Shown here piece by piece: positions 14,440 to 27,806 of a stretch of 64,000 nucleotides of DNA; position 1 is the first letter of the stretch; each line of letters starts with the position of its first letter. The notes beneath the pieces are model-generated. The model was given only the letters and a program-made list of their open reading frames with translations, ran no database searches and was not told where the DNA came from. This DNA comes from Marsupella aquatica. Its lineage: Eukaryota > Plantae > Marchantiophyta. A program made the translations under genes and the position numbers. The DNA lies in assembly GCA_973895155.1 (NCBI GenBank), contig OZ316893.1, positions 21,188,955 through 21,252,954 of the forward strand. The letters are read 5' to 3'.

Positions 14440-17102
14440 CTAGCTCAATACCCGTGCATTGCACACCAGATGTAATTAAGAGAAAAAAATGTGTCACCAA
14501 AGATGTCGTTATTAAAATATGTTGTGAAGTAAAAATATGTTGTTAAGAAAAAATAAGTAATGTAAACAAAGATGTTTGAAGTAAAAAATGTCACTCAATA
14601 AAAAAGTCATGTCACAAAGGATGTTGTTAAGAAAGCAGAAGTGGTGCACCCAAAGATGCCGTGAAGTAAAAAGAATTCGTGTCACCAAAGATGTTGTGAA
14701 ATAAAAAGATGTCATTAACTAAAAACATGTCATTGTTGTGAAGTAAAAAATTGGTATTAAATATACGTATATGGTGGCGTCAATGATCTCGTCAAATAAA
14801 AAGATGTCCTTAATCAAAGATGTTATGAAATAAAAGATGTCATTGTTTTAAATGTCGTTAAGAAAAAGATGTTGTGCTAAAAATGTCCATAAACAAAATA
14901 AGTTGTGACTCAAAAGGTGTCACTAAGTAATATATAAAAGATATCTTTTAAAAAATATGCCAATGCATCATAGATGACCTTATCCTAAAGTTGTTGTTGA
15001 GAAAATATCATGGTACAAAATATATCATTGAATAAAAGAATTTTTTAAAATCGTATTGAGCAAAAAGTGTTGTATAGTAAAAGATATCATCGCTCCAAAA
15101 AAGGGGCCTTCGGTTTTGGGTTTTTTCAAATTGGTTTTGAATCTTAACAACCCCACCCCGCCCCTTGATTCTAAGTCTCCTTTACTTAGTTTTTGGAAAA
15201 TGTGTCACTCTTTCCCTCCCCTAAATGTTTCTTTTTGGTTCATTCATTCTCTTTGGTCAGATTCTTTATTTATTTTTGGGGCACTGCAAATTCAAAATGC
15301 TACCATTGGGTAAAAAGGCAGAATATTGTATTATAATTATAATTATATAATTATATATTAGTTCAATTCATACTTAGTTAACATTCTCAGGAGTGGGAAA
15401 AAATTAAGCGATGCCTTGAAGGAACACGATTCTGACTGCATTGGGGTAGGTGAATTGATTACTTGCTAAATCATTTTACCCTCAAGAAAAAAAATTAAAA
15501 TCAATAACTTGGTCGAGATAAAATGATAAAATGGGTAATTGGAGCACTGATGTATTTTCACATTTGCCAAAATGCTAGGAAAGACCCTTGCAACTAGGAC
15601 AGACTGCAGCAACATTCTCGTTCTGTTCATATAATGCATATGAGATTTATGGGTAAATTATGGGAGAGAAAACCAGACTATCTTTGAAATTTGTTGATCT
15701 CTCTATTCTCAATAAAAATTGACTATTTTAGGCTCATTGCAAAGATCTTCCAAGCTGGTTTTAACAAGGCAAGAATAACCCTAGAACCTAATCCATATGA
15801 AACTCAAAGTTAGTTGCTTAAAAAAAATAGAGGCAAAAAATTTTAAATAGTGAGTGATTTATAATCTCTAAAATTTACTCCCCAGATTTTTCATGAAAAC
15901 TAAAAATATTACACTGTTCACTATAATTAGTTTTATGCAAGAATTAGTGTTAGTAAAAAATTAGTGTTTTTGAGTCCAAGTGACACTAATTTTTGTCTAT
16001 TTTCAAAACAGATGTTTTCACTTTAGTTTAAATTTCTTGTAAAAGAATGGATTATCTTTAGTCAAAAATAACACTATTTGTTGTGTATTTTTCAAAATAG
16101 TATTTTTTCTCTATTGTGTCACTCTTAAGACCATAGTAACACTAATCCATGTATGCAAAAATAGTGTTACCATAATAAGTGTGACTGACATTAATTCACA
16201 AGTAGACCCTGAAAATGAGAGCTCACGAATTAGTGTTAGTTATACTAATTATTATTACGGACCCCACTAGAGGTCCCTTCCAAAATTCCTGGCACCACAA
16301 TGTGCCACGTTAACAACAACCGCAACGAACAAGACTCGTCAGTTTTGTGAATCAAACTTATAATTTTCATTCGTGTTTGTGTCAATTTGGGTGTAAATTT
16401 TGGGACACCATGCCGTAAAAAGAAAAGTAAAAAATTGGAAATGCAAAGAGCAAGACAGTTAAAACCGTCACTATGTAACCGGTTTAGTTACATTTCCAAT
16501 TTTAAAACTTCAATTCAAAGATTTATAAAAAGTATTTTTCATATAATAAATAATGGCTAGTAAGTAACTTGATAATTTCCTTGCTAAACCGCAACTCCCG
16601 GTATGTAAGGACCTCTCGTATTGTACGGCCATTAATGCTGGGAAGAGCCATAGAAACCCAGGATCGGGGAGGAGGAATGACTGGAATCTTGAAAGTTCAT
16701 CGAACTTTATACTCAAAACTATTTATTCATTCTCAAAAACAAAAAATACCCAGTCGTAGATCTCATTGAGATCTTTCTTTTGCACCCTAGATCGCCTCCT
16801 AACATGGATGAATAAGATTTCTAGAGGCATTACAAAATGGACGGCAAAGATCGTAAAATCAACAAAATCGAAGGCTAGGAAGGCTTGGATTTGTTTAATT
16901 TTTCATTTGAAAAATATTAACCCATTTGCAAAACGGACAGAACCCATCCATAGATCTATTTGAGATCTTTCTTTTGAGCCATAGATTGGCCATTATGATG
17001 GACGGACGAGATTTCCGAAGATAAAAAATGGAGACAGCTCAGATCAACTCTTCCCCCTGATCTTATTAGCCAAGTGGTCCATGAACTAATTAATAATATA
17101 GA
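14440..17102 (-). mobile_element. Non-autonomous Helitron (3' end firm, 5' end tentative)
   Basis: The minus strand ends GTGCAATGCACGGG-TATTGAG-CTAG|T at 14440, a canonical hairpin plus CTAG followed by T. An AT-rich degenerate AAAGATGTTGTGAA array occupies 14480-15100. A candidate 5' end A|TCTATATTATTAAT lies at 17102, with an alternative mutated 5' end near 15362. Confidence 0.7.
16255..16418 (+). repeat. Dispersed ~160-bp motif, copy 1 (TTACGGACCCC...CCATGCCGTAA)
   Basis: Aligns by eye with 27807-28220 and with the reverse complement of 31048-31206. Confidence 0.8.
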
Positions 17103-19376
17103 TACTTTAGACAAATATTTCCAAGTTACTATTTAACGTCGAACTTTGTTATTGAAAATTCATTTTGTGAACGCCAAAGTTCTCGAGGTCCACAGGGGTT
17201 GCATGGTTTACAAGCAAAGTGCATCATTTCCAAAGACGGGGAGTGAGAGGCCTGGGCTTTTGGTTTTCCCTGCAGAGGACAGGTGTTTGCGGGCTGCCAA
17301 TTGACGGCAGACCCAGTACAATGGACCAATCAAAGAGCAACAGCTTCGCTTCCTTGTGTATCTCCATCATAATTGCTGCATTTCCGACCTATCCATCAGG
17401 CTTTTTAGCATAGATGGCTACCATTCATCCAAAGTGGCCAGACACAAAGAGCCTGGAGAACCACCGCGAGACGGCCTGCTTTGCTCGCAGGGGATGAAAA
17501 GATTGTACTGTAAAGTAGTCCAATCACAACAAACAATATTGTACTGTATTGTATGTTAAAACAGAAAAAGAATTCATAAAAACTAGTATGTGGGTCCAGC
17601 TCAATTCTATTGGGTGGATCAGATTGCCAATGTGAATTCAATAGAGTATTGTATATAAGCTAGATCACATTGTCAAAGTTCATTCAAAGGAGCACATTTT
17701 TTTTTATTTTTTATTCAAAGGAGTGTTCTATGTAAGTTAGATCAGATTGCCAAAGTGCATTGAAAGGAGTGTTATAAATTTGTCATTTTAAATTCATGCG
17801 CATAAAATTTAATTTTGTAGGAATGACATCTAAAGCTCATCTACAATAATAAGAGGATGTGACAAGAAAAATGATGGTTTGGATTGAACTACTATTTGCA
17901 AATATCTATGATATTATCTTGGGCAACTTAGTTTGAAGATTCAATTCTTGGGGGGTTGACTATCAAAAATATTAGGAACCACATGCAATCCAAAATATGT
18001 ATTTTTCATATGAAGCAAAAGAAAGTATTACAAACCCATGTTTGTAGAATATTTTCTAATATATACCTTTTAAAAATTAAAATAGGTCATTAATATTGAA
18101 AATAAAAATTAGTTTTGGAATATACCCGTTATAAAATAAGTTTGTTTATATTAGACTAGTATCACACATGGTACCCCAAAATATACACTAAGTTAATCCC
18201 CCAAGACTCAATCTATTAATATATACTAATAAAATAAAATTATCATTATTATCCTAATGATCGTGGCAAGTGGAAACAAAGACAAAAACCATAAGTGTAG
18301 AATAATCATAGGTGTTGGAGAGAGATGTCATATAGAGCAATTTTCATAGGAGTATGAGCACTTACTTTCTTGCATGATATGGAATATGTAATCAATTGTA
18401 CTTTATGATGTTATTTTGTTATTTTGTCTTATTATTAAATGTAGCTTTCTCCATTATGTAGAGATTATAACTCTAATAAACTGAACAAAAATAGGTTGGA
18501 TAGGAGATTTAGTGATGTAGTTTCAATGTTTAGGGACTAATTTGTTGTGTTTGTGCAGGTTGATTGGAGGTTGAACTCACAACTCTTTTGGTGTGCCTAG
18601 GAAGATCATAGTGGGGTTTATAGCATACTTCAGGCTAGGTGGTAGTATGGTTTGCAGGAAACATTCAAGCTTGGAGGCGGACATCAAGTAGCACAGTACT
18701 TTTCATATGGCTCTCATCATGTGACCCAGACAGGTTTGTAGAATTGCATGTTTTGTTGAATAATTACAATTTGTATAGATTTTATTAGTTGTGAAGTGGC
18801 TCAATGTCCCTATCAATGGTTCAGCCCCCCTCTTCACCCTTTCTTGAGATGAACAATTTACTCTTGGTTGCTAGACAAACTTGCGAGAGTTTACAATTAT
18901 TTGACAATCAATAGCAAGCTCAACTTCTCACAACACTTGAAATACAGGTTTGCCTTCTTTCTCTTCTCTCCTTATGGTCAAGAAGTGTGATTGCTAATGT
19001 ATTTGTGATAAACCTATATCAAACATTTGTTCAGTTCCAAGATCTCACCTTAGTCTATTGATTTATGATAATTATTTCTTGAAAAAAGAAAGTGAAAAGT
19101 TCTAATTTGCAACATTCTGATATCAGATCTAAACTTAGTGAACTGTTTGACCTGAAAATTGGAGTTTCATATTTTACTTGTAAATGCTTTTCCAAATCTT
19201 GACAACTGAAAAAATGTAAGTGTTGATACTCTATCTAAGGAACTTTGCTACAAAGAAAGGCATAAGATCAAAGACTTTAGATTGAGAGTTATTTCCTTTT
19301 GAAATTCCTTTTCCATTAGAAATAGCAAAAGCAAGATCAGCATTTGATACTACTCTTAACATAACATGTCTTTACG

Positions 19377-19677
19377 TTAAAAATTAATAAGATCACAAGT
19401 TAAGGCATCTTGGTGCCCACATATGCAAGGGTCGGTGTACTGTTTGACCCCAATTGTAACTTTAAAATTGATAAGGCTACAAGTTAAGGCATTCTGGTGC
19501 GCACATCCACGAGGCTCGGTGTACTGTTTGACCCCAATTGTAACTTTAAAATTGATAAGGCTACAAGTTAAGGCATTCTGGTGCACACATCCGCAAGGGT
19601 CGGTGTACTGTTTGACCCCAATTGTAACTTTGAAATTGATAAGGTTATAAGTTAAGACATTAAGGTGCACACATCCT
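19377..19677. repeat. Minisatellite, 84-bp unit x ~3.6
   Basis: Unit is approximately TTAAAATTGATAAGGCTACAAGTTAAGGCATTCTGGTGCRCACATCC...TCGGTGTACTGTTTGACCCCAATTGTAACT. It produces the 28-aa repeats seen in the ORF track on both strands. Confidence 0.95.
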
Positions 19678-20810
19678 TAAGTAAACTTAGAGTAACTAAG
19701 ATTGGATTAAGACAGAGTTAAAATATCCATATATTTTTAACTCACAATTTGGAGCTGAGTTTTAGCTCCAATTTAGCTTTAGATTCCCCTAGCTTTCCTC
19801 TATCCCATAGAGAATGTTAAGCCCATTTGGTTGAGTAGAACAAAAATGAATCGTTTTAGAGATCCATGTTGATTTTGGCTTCAACTTAGTTGACTCACAT
19901 TACTGGCCGGCCCATATTTAATGATTACTCTTTCCCAGTTTTTGAGTGACAACTAGCTTAGATTTGACATGCCTTATACTTCTCACACACATTACTATTC
20001 TTGCATGCGCTTCCATTCTTGCACACATGGCAATTCTTACACAAGTTACTTTATTGTGCATCACCCACGTTGCACAACTCTCATCATTGATCAACAAACA
20101 TCAATGACTAAGACTAGCTTGTTATGGGTCCAGTTAGAGACTCTTGCAAATTTGTAAATTCAGAGAAAATTTCACATCATCCATTAATTTTTATCCGTTG
20201 GATTTTACTTATCAATGGTGGAGATTGTGCAACTTGTCATAACACTTGTGTGACCATTGAAGACATATGTGTGACAACTGTGAAGAAAATGTTGGGGTTC
20301 ATTTGTAGGAATGATACACACTCTTTGATGTCAAATTTAAACAAAACTTGGATAGTACTTGGGGCACTAAAATAAAATAATAATCTGGACCTTCTGAACA
20401 AAAATAAAAAGAAATTGTAGCTTATTGTCTAAGCTTTGCTAATAATTAGATGGCAAGTCCCTTATTGTCTCTTTGCAATTTCACCCACAAATTTTGTTGG
20501 CCTGGTATGAACAGTCTAGTAGTACCATCTTGCCTGGCTCCCATTCCACTCCCAAATTTAGTTGGCCCCACTTCAACCATCTACTGTAGATTGAACAACA
20601 TGAAAATATAAAGAGGGGCCATTCTTTGAAACAGTACTCAAATCACGGGATAGGAACAATCCATATTTACCAAACATTTTAGAATACAATTCTAATTAAG
20701 CATGCGCTCAAGTATGGGGTTGTCTTAACGTAACAGGTGACCTTTAAGGAGAGAGTTTTCTTTGGCAATTCTATCCATGTCCAAACATGCTGGGAGGCTA
20801 TGGCCATGAG

Positions 20811-23800
20811 CTAGTCCAGTTTAAATCGCGGAATACATTCACAGCAAATCCAGCAATCGTCAAATGGATGCAATACCCATGGGACTAAAATGGTTTTTTT
20901 CACTCCATGTGGAGCAACCTTTCCCTTATTAATCAAAGGGCCAAAAATCATATCTACAGTTGTAATTAAGTCTCGAGCTTGGGAGTAATAAAAGGGATGT
21001 TGCCTTGTCAAAGCGATAATAGTTCCGAATGGGCAAGAATAAATTCGTATCAACACTTATCTTGTTACCCAGGAAAGGTGGTGATCCAAACGGATATTCA
21101 ATAGCCTTTTGTAATAGTGCGAGCATAGGTACTGCATATGGATTTTATCATAGAGATGGTGCTTGCCCAAAGGAATGATATCCCCTTGCGCTAATAATTT
21201 TACAGTTTAGATGCATCCTTCATGAGAACTTTTGCCCCTTTCCTAGCTCGGGTACGTCTCAGAAAAGTGATGATTATAAAACGGAAAAAGAAAAGCAATG
21301 ATCAAGCCATGAATAAATTGTTCATAATAATTATTTCAAAGTGTGCCTGACTCATTTCCCATGCAAAAATCATCCAATATTGTATTATTATGGAAGTCGA
21401 TCTGAACAAGCTTTGAACAACGAGTCGATTGCATGCAGCAATGGAGTGCTTTTCTGTGGGTCCCCCTTCCCTGGGCCGCCCGTAAGTGGGGCAGACTGCA
21501 CTTTCTCTAACTACTACCGTACTGATTCAGTGCATTCATTTTGAAGGCATAGTAATTCGTGGGTAAAATTATTCCATGTCAAACTACGGTCTGTCTTATT
21601 GGCCAGGAATGTTCGAGCACCACGATACGGTGGTGTGCTCTCATTCCATCACTTTATGTTTACCTCGACTTGACATGCTGATGTAGCCAATAGTCTTACT
21701 GTAGTGGTTGGATCCAGTAGACAATTAGAGTATGCAAAGAGACAAAACATACTCGTATAGGGCGCAGGGTGGTGGAAGGAAGACTGAGTTAGACTTCGTG
21801 TAACCAAAGCACGGTTTGGTAACCAACCTGGCTTTTTCTCACAGATACAAAATACCCGGGACGTAAGCACACAGCTCCCCCCTATGTGCACTGGATTTCC
21901 TCATCACTGTTGCTGAAATTGGGGCTTGGATTATTATTTTCTACCTTGAATCCGAAACCAAGATTGCCCCATGAGGCGCTCATCAATTGGAGAGGTGGTC
22001 ATTGGCATTCCAAGTAGCGGCAAAATGTTGTACTCCATTATTAAGTAGGACTCTTTGTTTGTTGGGAGCACCTTAGGACCAGTTCTGGATAATATTTCAG
22101 CCATCTGGTTAACCTGCCAATGAGTAATACATTGACCCAAGGTAATTCAGCTAGATCTGTATGTGTTAAGCAGCCTAGTTTTTTTCGTCCCATTCCAGGG
22201 TAAGATCTGGCATGTCAATCAGCCCTTGAAATAACTCAAACGTGTACTCACTGCACTGTTTAGGGTTGTGAGGCACAAACGTAGGGTGTGGAGCTCCTCA
22301 GTGTAGCATTTACGGAGGCCATGCTGGGAGGGACGCAAAACTTGCATCCCTGGCTTTGACTTGGATTCCCCTGGGGTTCTTGTCACATGCACCTGGTCGT
22401 ATGGATCTGGGAAAAGAAAGAAAGCAACACAATTCACACTACAATTTGCACCAATGTACTGCAAACGGCCCTTTGTTGGAGTCACCTCAGTTGCAAGCGA
22501 GCAAATGGTCATTTCTTCTTTGGCCTTTGCTTTATAGTCCCATTGATGTCATCGTCTAGTATTGCAAAATGATGTTGAAAATGGGATGGAAGAATAGGGT
22601 TGGGTACAATTCTTGAATTTTCAACAACACTTCCTTCTTCCCCTCATAAGCACATGACAAGAGCTTTTCAGTGCTTTCATTATGTACGTTCTTTGAGTTT
22701 TGAAGCTCGACGTCGGAGACTACGGTGTAGCTGGCCCGTTTCAGTGCAGAGAAACTCTCTTATTAAGCTTGAAGAACTATTGTAGACTCGAAAGCATTTC
22801 CCCTCAGACTCCTGCTCTCGCATCAAACTTTCTGGTAGTGATGCAGAAATGACAAACAGTTGCTTTGCATGCCATGCTTGGCAATGAAGCACGGAGATGG
22901 GAAGCTTGCAATACCGGTACCGGATGACCAAATCTTTAGGGGGAGATAGATACAGGTCGAGCTTCTTTACTATACGCAGACTAGAGGACAGTAAAGTACC
23001 AACTGTACGAAGATGCAGTACGCACCTGCCCAATCGAAGAAATAATGGATGCATAGGAGAGAGGGATATGGATAGGATGTTCTGTTTTCAGGCCAGGTTT
23101 TCAGAACCATATACCCGAATTATTGATCACAGAGAAATTGTGGTTTTCGAGGTTAAAGGGAGGAAAGGAACCCATTAGAGATAAATTCTGGGATTGTCTA
23201 GCAAGTGATTTATTGGGTTTTTTAGTCTTTGGGACTATGTCTTCTGGTTTGGCATTCCTGTCTTTTTGGCAGTGTGATATATAGCAAGTGATCAAGAAGT
23301 CTCAACTCAACGGTTTATTCTGAAGATAATTGGGGAAGATCCTTGCTAACGATTTGCTTGAATTCTTGGGTGGAGACACTTTATAAATAATAAGAAAATT
23401 ACAAGCAGCCGCCACAAACAGATCATATGCTACTATTTTAAAGGGTGGCATTACCAGGTGTTCCCCAGGGGAGCACTTGTGACCTTTTTTCACAAAGTAA
23501 ACTTGAGGGGCACTTCTTGTTCTAAAGATAAACTCCAGGCCCCAAAAAAAATTGAAATGAAATTTAATAAGTGCAAATGCATTTAGTGAAGGAGCTAAAA
23601 TTTCTAAATGTTTGGACCACCTCAGGAAGTGGTCTAAAATTCTAGCATGATAACAGTGTATACCAGGATTTACTTGGGCCAATTGTTTGCCATGTAAGAC
23701 TGGTGGAAACCATACCTGATGGTCTTGGTCTAGATACAGATTCCAAAGGCGATCTGTTTGGCCATTGGTTTGCAATGCTCTGGCCTGTATTCTTCATGGC

Positions 23801-23845
23801 AACCCTTGCATGATCATCCTAGCTATCTTGGCCACTTTCATGGTC
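20811..23845 (-). pseudogene. Decayed long ORF of unidentified family
   Basis: Minus-strand ORFs starting at 23775, 23295, 22512, 22140, 21891 and 21126 all share one frame and are separated by scattered stops. A TTTTTTGTACAG acceptor-like site precedes them near 23845. No domain recognised. Confidence 0.45.
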
Positions 23846-25802
23846 TGTACAAAAAAGATGTCAATAATTTTATGGGATGTTAGTAAGTGTCTGGGCAATG
23901 CAAATCAATCCAAGATTTGTTACATTAGGGTTTTATTATTTTGAATATTGGATTTTGAAAGCAACGTGAAGGAGAGAGACTGGAGAATCATTGCCTGAAC
24001 GGATGTCGGTGGAGAGATTGCTGCGTTGCTATTTGTTGGCATCATCTCGCGTGACTGCAAAGATGTTTTACTTGCCTTGTTGCTCTTGGTGGTTGGCACC
24101 TGCTCCTTGAACACAAAAAACGGATAGGTCGAACACTCTGAAGTCAGGCGGCAAGAAGTTTCCAACAATGCGCATCAAATGTTCTGTTCGTGACTCTACT
24201 CAACATGATGTAGACAAGCCCCAGTGTGAATGCACTATTTATCTCTAATATGGCCTTGCCTGCTACCGTGCAACCTTGGCTTTTGTGACCTGTTATTGTG
24301 TAGCCGAGCATGAGAGAGAACGTCAATTTGCAACAGGTTTCTAGTCCGGAGATGAACTTGTTCTCATGAACTATGCGACTGATTTTCATGACTCAATGGT
24401 TGAAAAACAGTCTCACAAAAATTTCCATTTTGCCATCAGCTTGTCATGATGTCCTCCACGATTCTGCCATTGCCATTCATGGCTTGCTTGATGTTAGGTG
24501 GATTTGTTTGACGTGGCGTTGGTAAGTATTGGGATGACCACAATTTCTTGGGTGGCAAAATAACTCTAGAAAGTTAGGTTGTTTAGTTGTCAACTGTTTC
24601 TCTATGTGTGCATATCACGGTCATAGAGGCATCGATGAGCTTCTTGTTTGGATATGTAACATTGTCCCATGCATGCATTGATTGATTCTTGAGTGGGGAG
24701 GCTCATATGAATGGCATTTAGGAACTCCATGAACTTTCTGTCTGTGCTTTGACTGAGCACTGTGCTGAGGTAAAAGTTTTGCATGGTCACAAAATATGGC
24801 GACAACGAGGGGTGGCACAATCTGCATATGTCATTGGTGTTGTGGGTGCACATTGGAGGCAATTGGCACATGTCTCCAACCAGGATGACCATGCTCGTCC
24901 TAGAGTGTCTCGTGTAGCCTCATGGAGGTGCAGTGCAACAATTTGGGTGTCAACATGCTTGCCTCATCTACGATGAACACGTCATTGTTTCTCAAGATCT
25001 GGTAGTGGGGGCTGGTGATGTACAGAGGTTGGAGCTCTCCGTATATTGGAATTTTGAACAAGGTATGGATTGTCATGGCATTGCGTGAAGGTTTATGGCA
25101 ACTGCGCCGGTGGTGGCACACATTCTCATCGCCCTCCTTTCAATCTCTTGTATTTGTCCATGTACAAGATGAAGAAAGCCTTGCCTGATCCCGGATTGTT
25201 GTTGATCATGAACAAACTGCTTTGGATGTCCTTCAGGGCCTCAAACACTTTGTTTTGGTCCGGAGTCAAGTTGATGATCAGGAGAGTTTTGTCTTGGAGG
25301 ACCATGTCCATTGGTTTAAGTATGGCAATGGTAGGGATTGTTTGGAATATTGTCGCATCATTGAAAATTTTGGGAGGAAGATTCTTGCTCAAGTCCTATA
25401 GCAGGTGGGATGTGTGATGGGTCGAGTAGAGATGCAATGCGCAATACTTGAGAACCAACTTGTGTATGTTGCTGACATTGTAAATTATCAACTTCCAGTG
25501 TATGCACTCGTGCAAGTAGCTCCACATGTCGCTTATGGGCCTAAGGAGAATTTTGCCTATCGCACAAAATCTCATGCCCTTCTAGAGGAAGTTGTAGAAG
25601 AAGCCATTCATCTTGTATATTGGGTGGTACTCAAATGAGAATATTACAAGTCTACCCATGATCCTATACACAAAGTTGCCTTGCAGGTCCTTGCAAACAT
25701 AGTCTTTGTTGGTCTTTCTCTTAAAGGTTAGGACCTCGTGGTTTGTGAAGTAGTTATGGAAGGACATTGGAAACATTGCCTTGAGTCTTTGCGCATAGAG
25801 TC

Positions 25803-26099
25803 TGTGAGAAACCGTCGGACTAGACAGCAATGCAGAACATGTGAGAGACACTCAATCAGACGCTATGCCAACGAGACACCCCAAGTGGAGAAACTCCTGA
25901 AGTATCCATAGCATATGAGAGTACATGTGAAGAATGAGGGAGAGAATGCTCTCCCTCCAACCTATACCCACCAAGGAAGACTAAGATGTGTGAGCCTAAT
26001 TAAGTGGATCTTATTCTATTTAACTAACCAAGAGCCAACTAACCCTAGTAAGGCCAAACAACCAGAAGTTGGGAACTAAGAGTACGTTAATTCCTAACA
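25803..26099. mobile_element. Solo LTR (297 bp) inserted in RepHel
   Basis: TGTGAG...CTAACA termini with 5-bp TSD GAGTC (25798-25802, 26100-26104). Excision rejoins FQTTRL|YAQRLKAMF in frame. Confidence 0.9.
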
Positions 26100-26934
26100 G
26101 AGTCTAGTGGTTTGGAAACATATCTTGGAGCACTTACGATAGATGGCGGACCTCAGTTCCAAAGGCGACGAGTCCAAGTAGGCAATTGTCTTGGAGCGAT
26201 GGACAATGTTGATTTTGAGGCACCTTAGTGCTGCCTCCATGGTGCACACGCTGCAAGACAGGATGGCTCCGTTGACCAGTTTGAGTTCGACTTTAGACAG
26301 GTTTTTGATTCCCATAGTGCATACATTGTTGACATTTAGCTGGAGCGGTCCCAAGGGCTTGCCTTTGAGAGCATACTTGAGCATATAGAATGACTAGGTT
26401 GCGTTTGTCACGCACTACAGGTTCATGTATGTGGGCACCCCATAGCAATAGCACAAGCGGGTGATATGACACAATGTTTTGGTGGTGGTCGCTTGGTCTG
26501 TGGTACCATAATTTTCCCATCGTCGGATTGATGGGGGTATCTTGTAGGCATAGACAATGCCTGAGTGAAAGACCCGGGGAAAGACCTCGTACTAGCTCTT
26601 GCTTGAAGTTGGGATCTTGTACAACACATCTTGAAGGATGTGCAGGTCGGAGTCAAAGGGTCAAAGTTCATGGACCTCCTGATCCCTTTTGCTTTCTTGT
26701 CTTTGATGATGTTATCTCCCGTGTTGTCTACTACGTTGGAACTTAGGACACATAGTCATAGTGACTGGTATGGTAGCTCGGCCAATGACACATATCTTTT
26801 GAAAAGTTTGTTGTTTGTTAGGTTCAGTTCCATGACCTTCTATTGCATGATCTTGCCTCCATTATTGCACTCTAGAGTCTCAAGATTCCAAGATATCAAC
26901 GCGCTATTGAGGAGGATTTGTATTTTGTAGAAAC

Positions 26935-27217
26935 CTTGGGGGTCTCACTGTATGGAGGCCTCGTCATCTCCTACGACATTTTTAGGCCTTGGACCCCCTA
27001 GATGTAAGAATTTTTTAAATTTTTTTACCCCTAAAAGTTAGAATATTCTTGGAATATTCCAAATTCTAGATAAAAAATTCCCTTATGGACTTATAAGTCT
27101 CAAAATTAGATTAAAAAAACCCTATTATTTCTTAAGTCTTCCTTTAGAACCAATAAAATGAACTTAAAATTCTTTGTCACACATGATGTGCAATTTTGTG
27201 GAAGTGAAAGCCCCGAG
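26935..27217. mobile_element. MITE with 8-bp TSD (283 bp) inserted in RepHel
   Basis: TIR CTTGGGGGTCTCACT versus reverse-complemented right end CTCGGGGCTTTCACT. TSD GTAGAAAC at 26927-26934 and 27218-27225. Confidence 0.85.
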
Positions 27218-27806
27218 GTAGAAACCCAAGTGGAAGCCATTGTACTTCTATTGATGCATACTTGACAGTCAATTAGCAAGAGCAATTGCATGTAGAATGG
27301 CTTTGCGGATAGGATGTAGATTGCATATTGTGGGGATATGAAGGTGTTTTTTTTAATCCGTCTAGGTTTTGTATGCATGTTGTGCAAACATTGATTGTTC
27401 CATTCTGAATCTTGATGTATTGATTCATGAATGCATTGCATATGCCATACCGATGCCATGCTGATCTTTGAAACAATGGTGAATATCTTTTCAAGCCTTG
27501 AAGTGTTTCCATATTGAACGAGTCTACACATTCTGAATACCTTCATGTCTGGGAGTGACTTTTGGCAGACTGCTTTCCATTCTTGGAGATACAAATGGGC
27601 TGAGGCCCATCCTTGATAGAACGAGTTTTGTGACTTGGCACGACGGATGTTGCACGTGTTTGTGCCATAGGTCTCCTCTCAATTATTGTATGGCGGGGAA
27701 GTTTTTTGGAGCCCTATGCAAAGGATTATGAACTTGTCAATTCTCTTACTTAACTTCCAAGATTCATGCAAAAGTTGCATGATCAAATTACAAAAATGAG
27801 TAATTT

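Larger units (their letters stand above)
24144..27790 (-). pseudogene. Decayed Helitron Rep/PIF1 helicase (RepHel) gene
   Basis: Motifs in order on the minus strand: VCTTC, EVFPRVFHSG, WYHRP...NIVSYHPLVLLLWGAH...KYALK (Rep tyrosine motif), LTPDQ...PGSGK (Walker A), TIHTLF, IVDEASM (Walker B), ILVGDMCQLPP, TITGHKSQGCT and GLVYIMLSRV. Multiple frameshifts and nested insertions. Confidence 0.9.

Noticed and set aside
19377-19677. CRISPR-like array or 28-aa repeat protein
   Set aside because: Whole units repeat with no unique spacers, there are no cas genes, and the context is eukaryotic. The ORFs result from the 84-bp period.
20532-20543. TGCCTGGCTCCC, the 5' 12 nt of miR160
   Set aside because: The remaining bases do not match and no star arm is visible.
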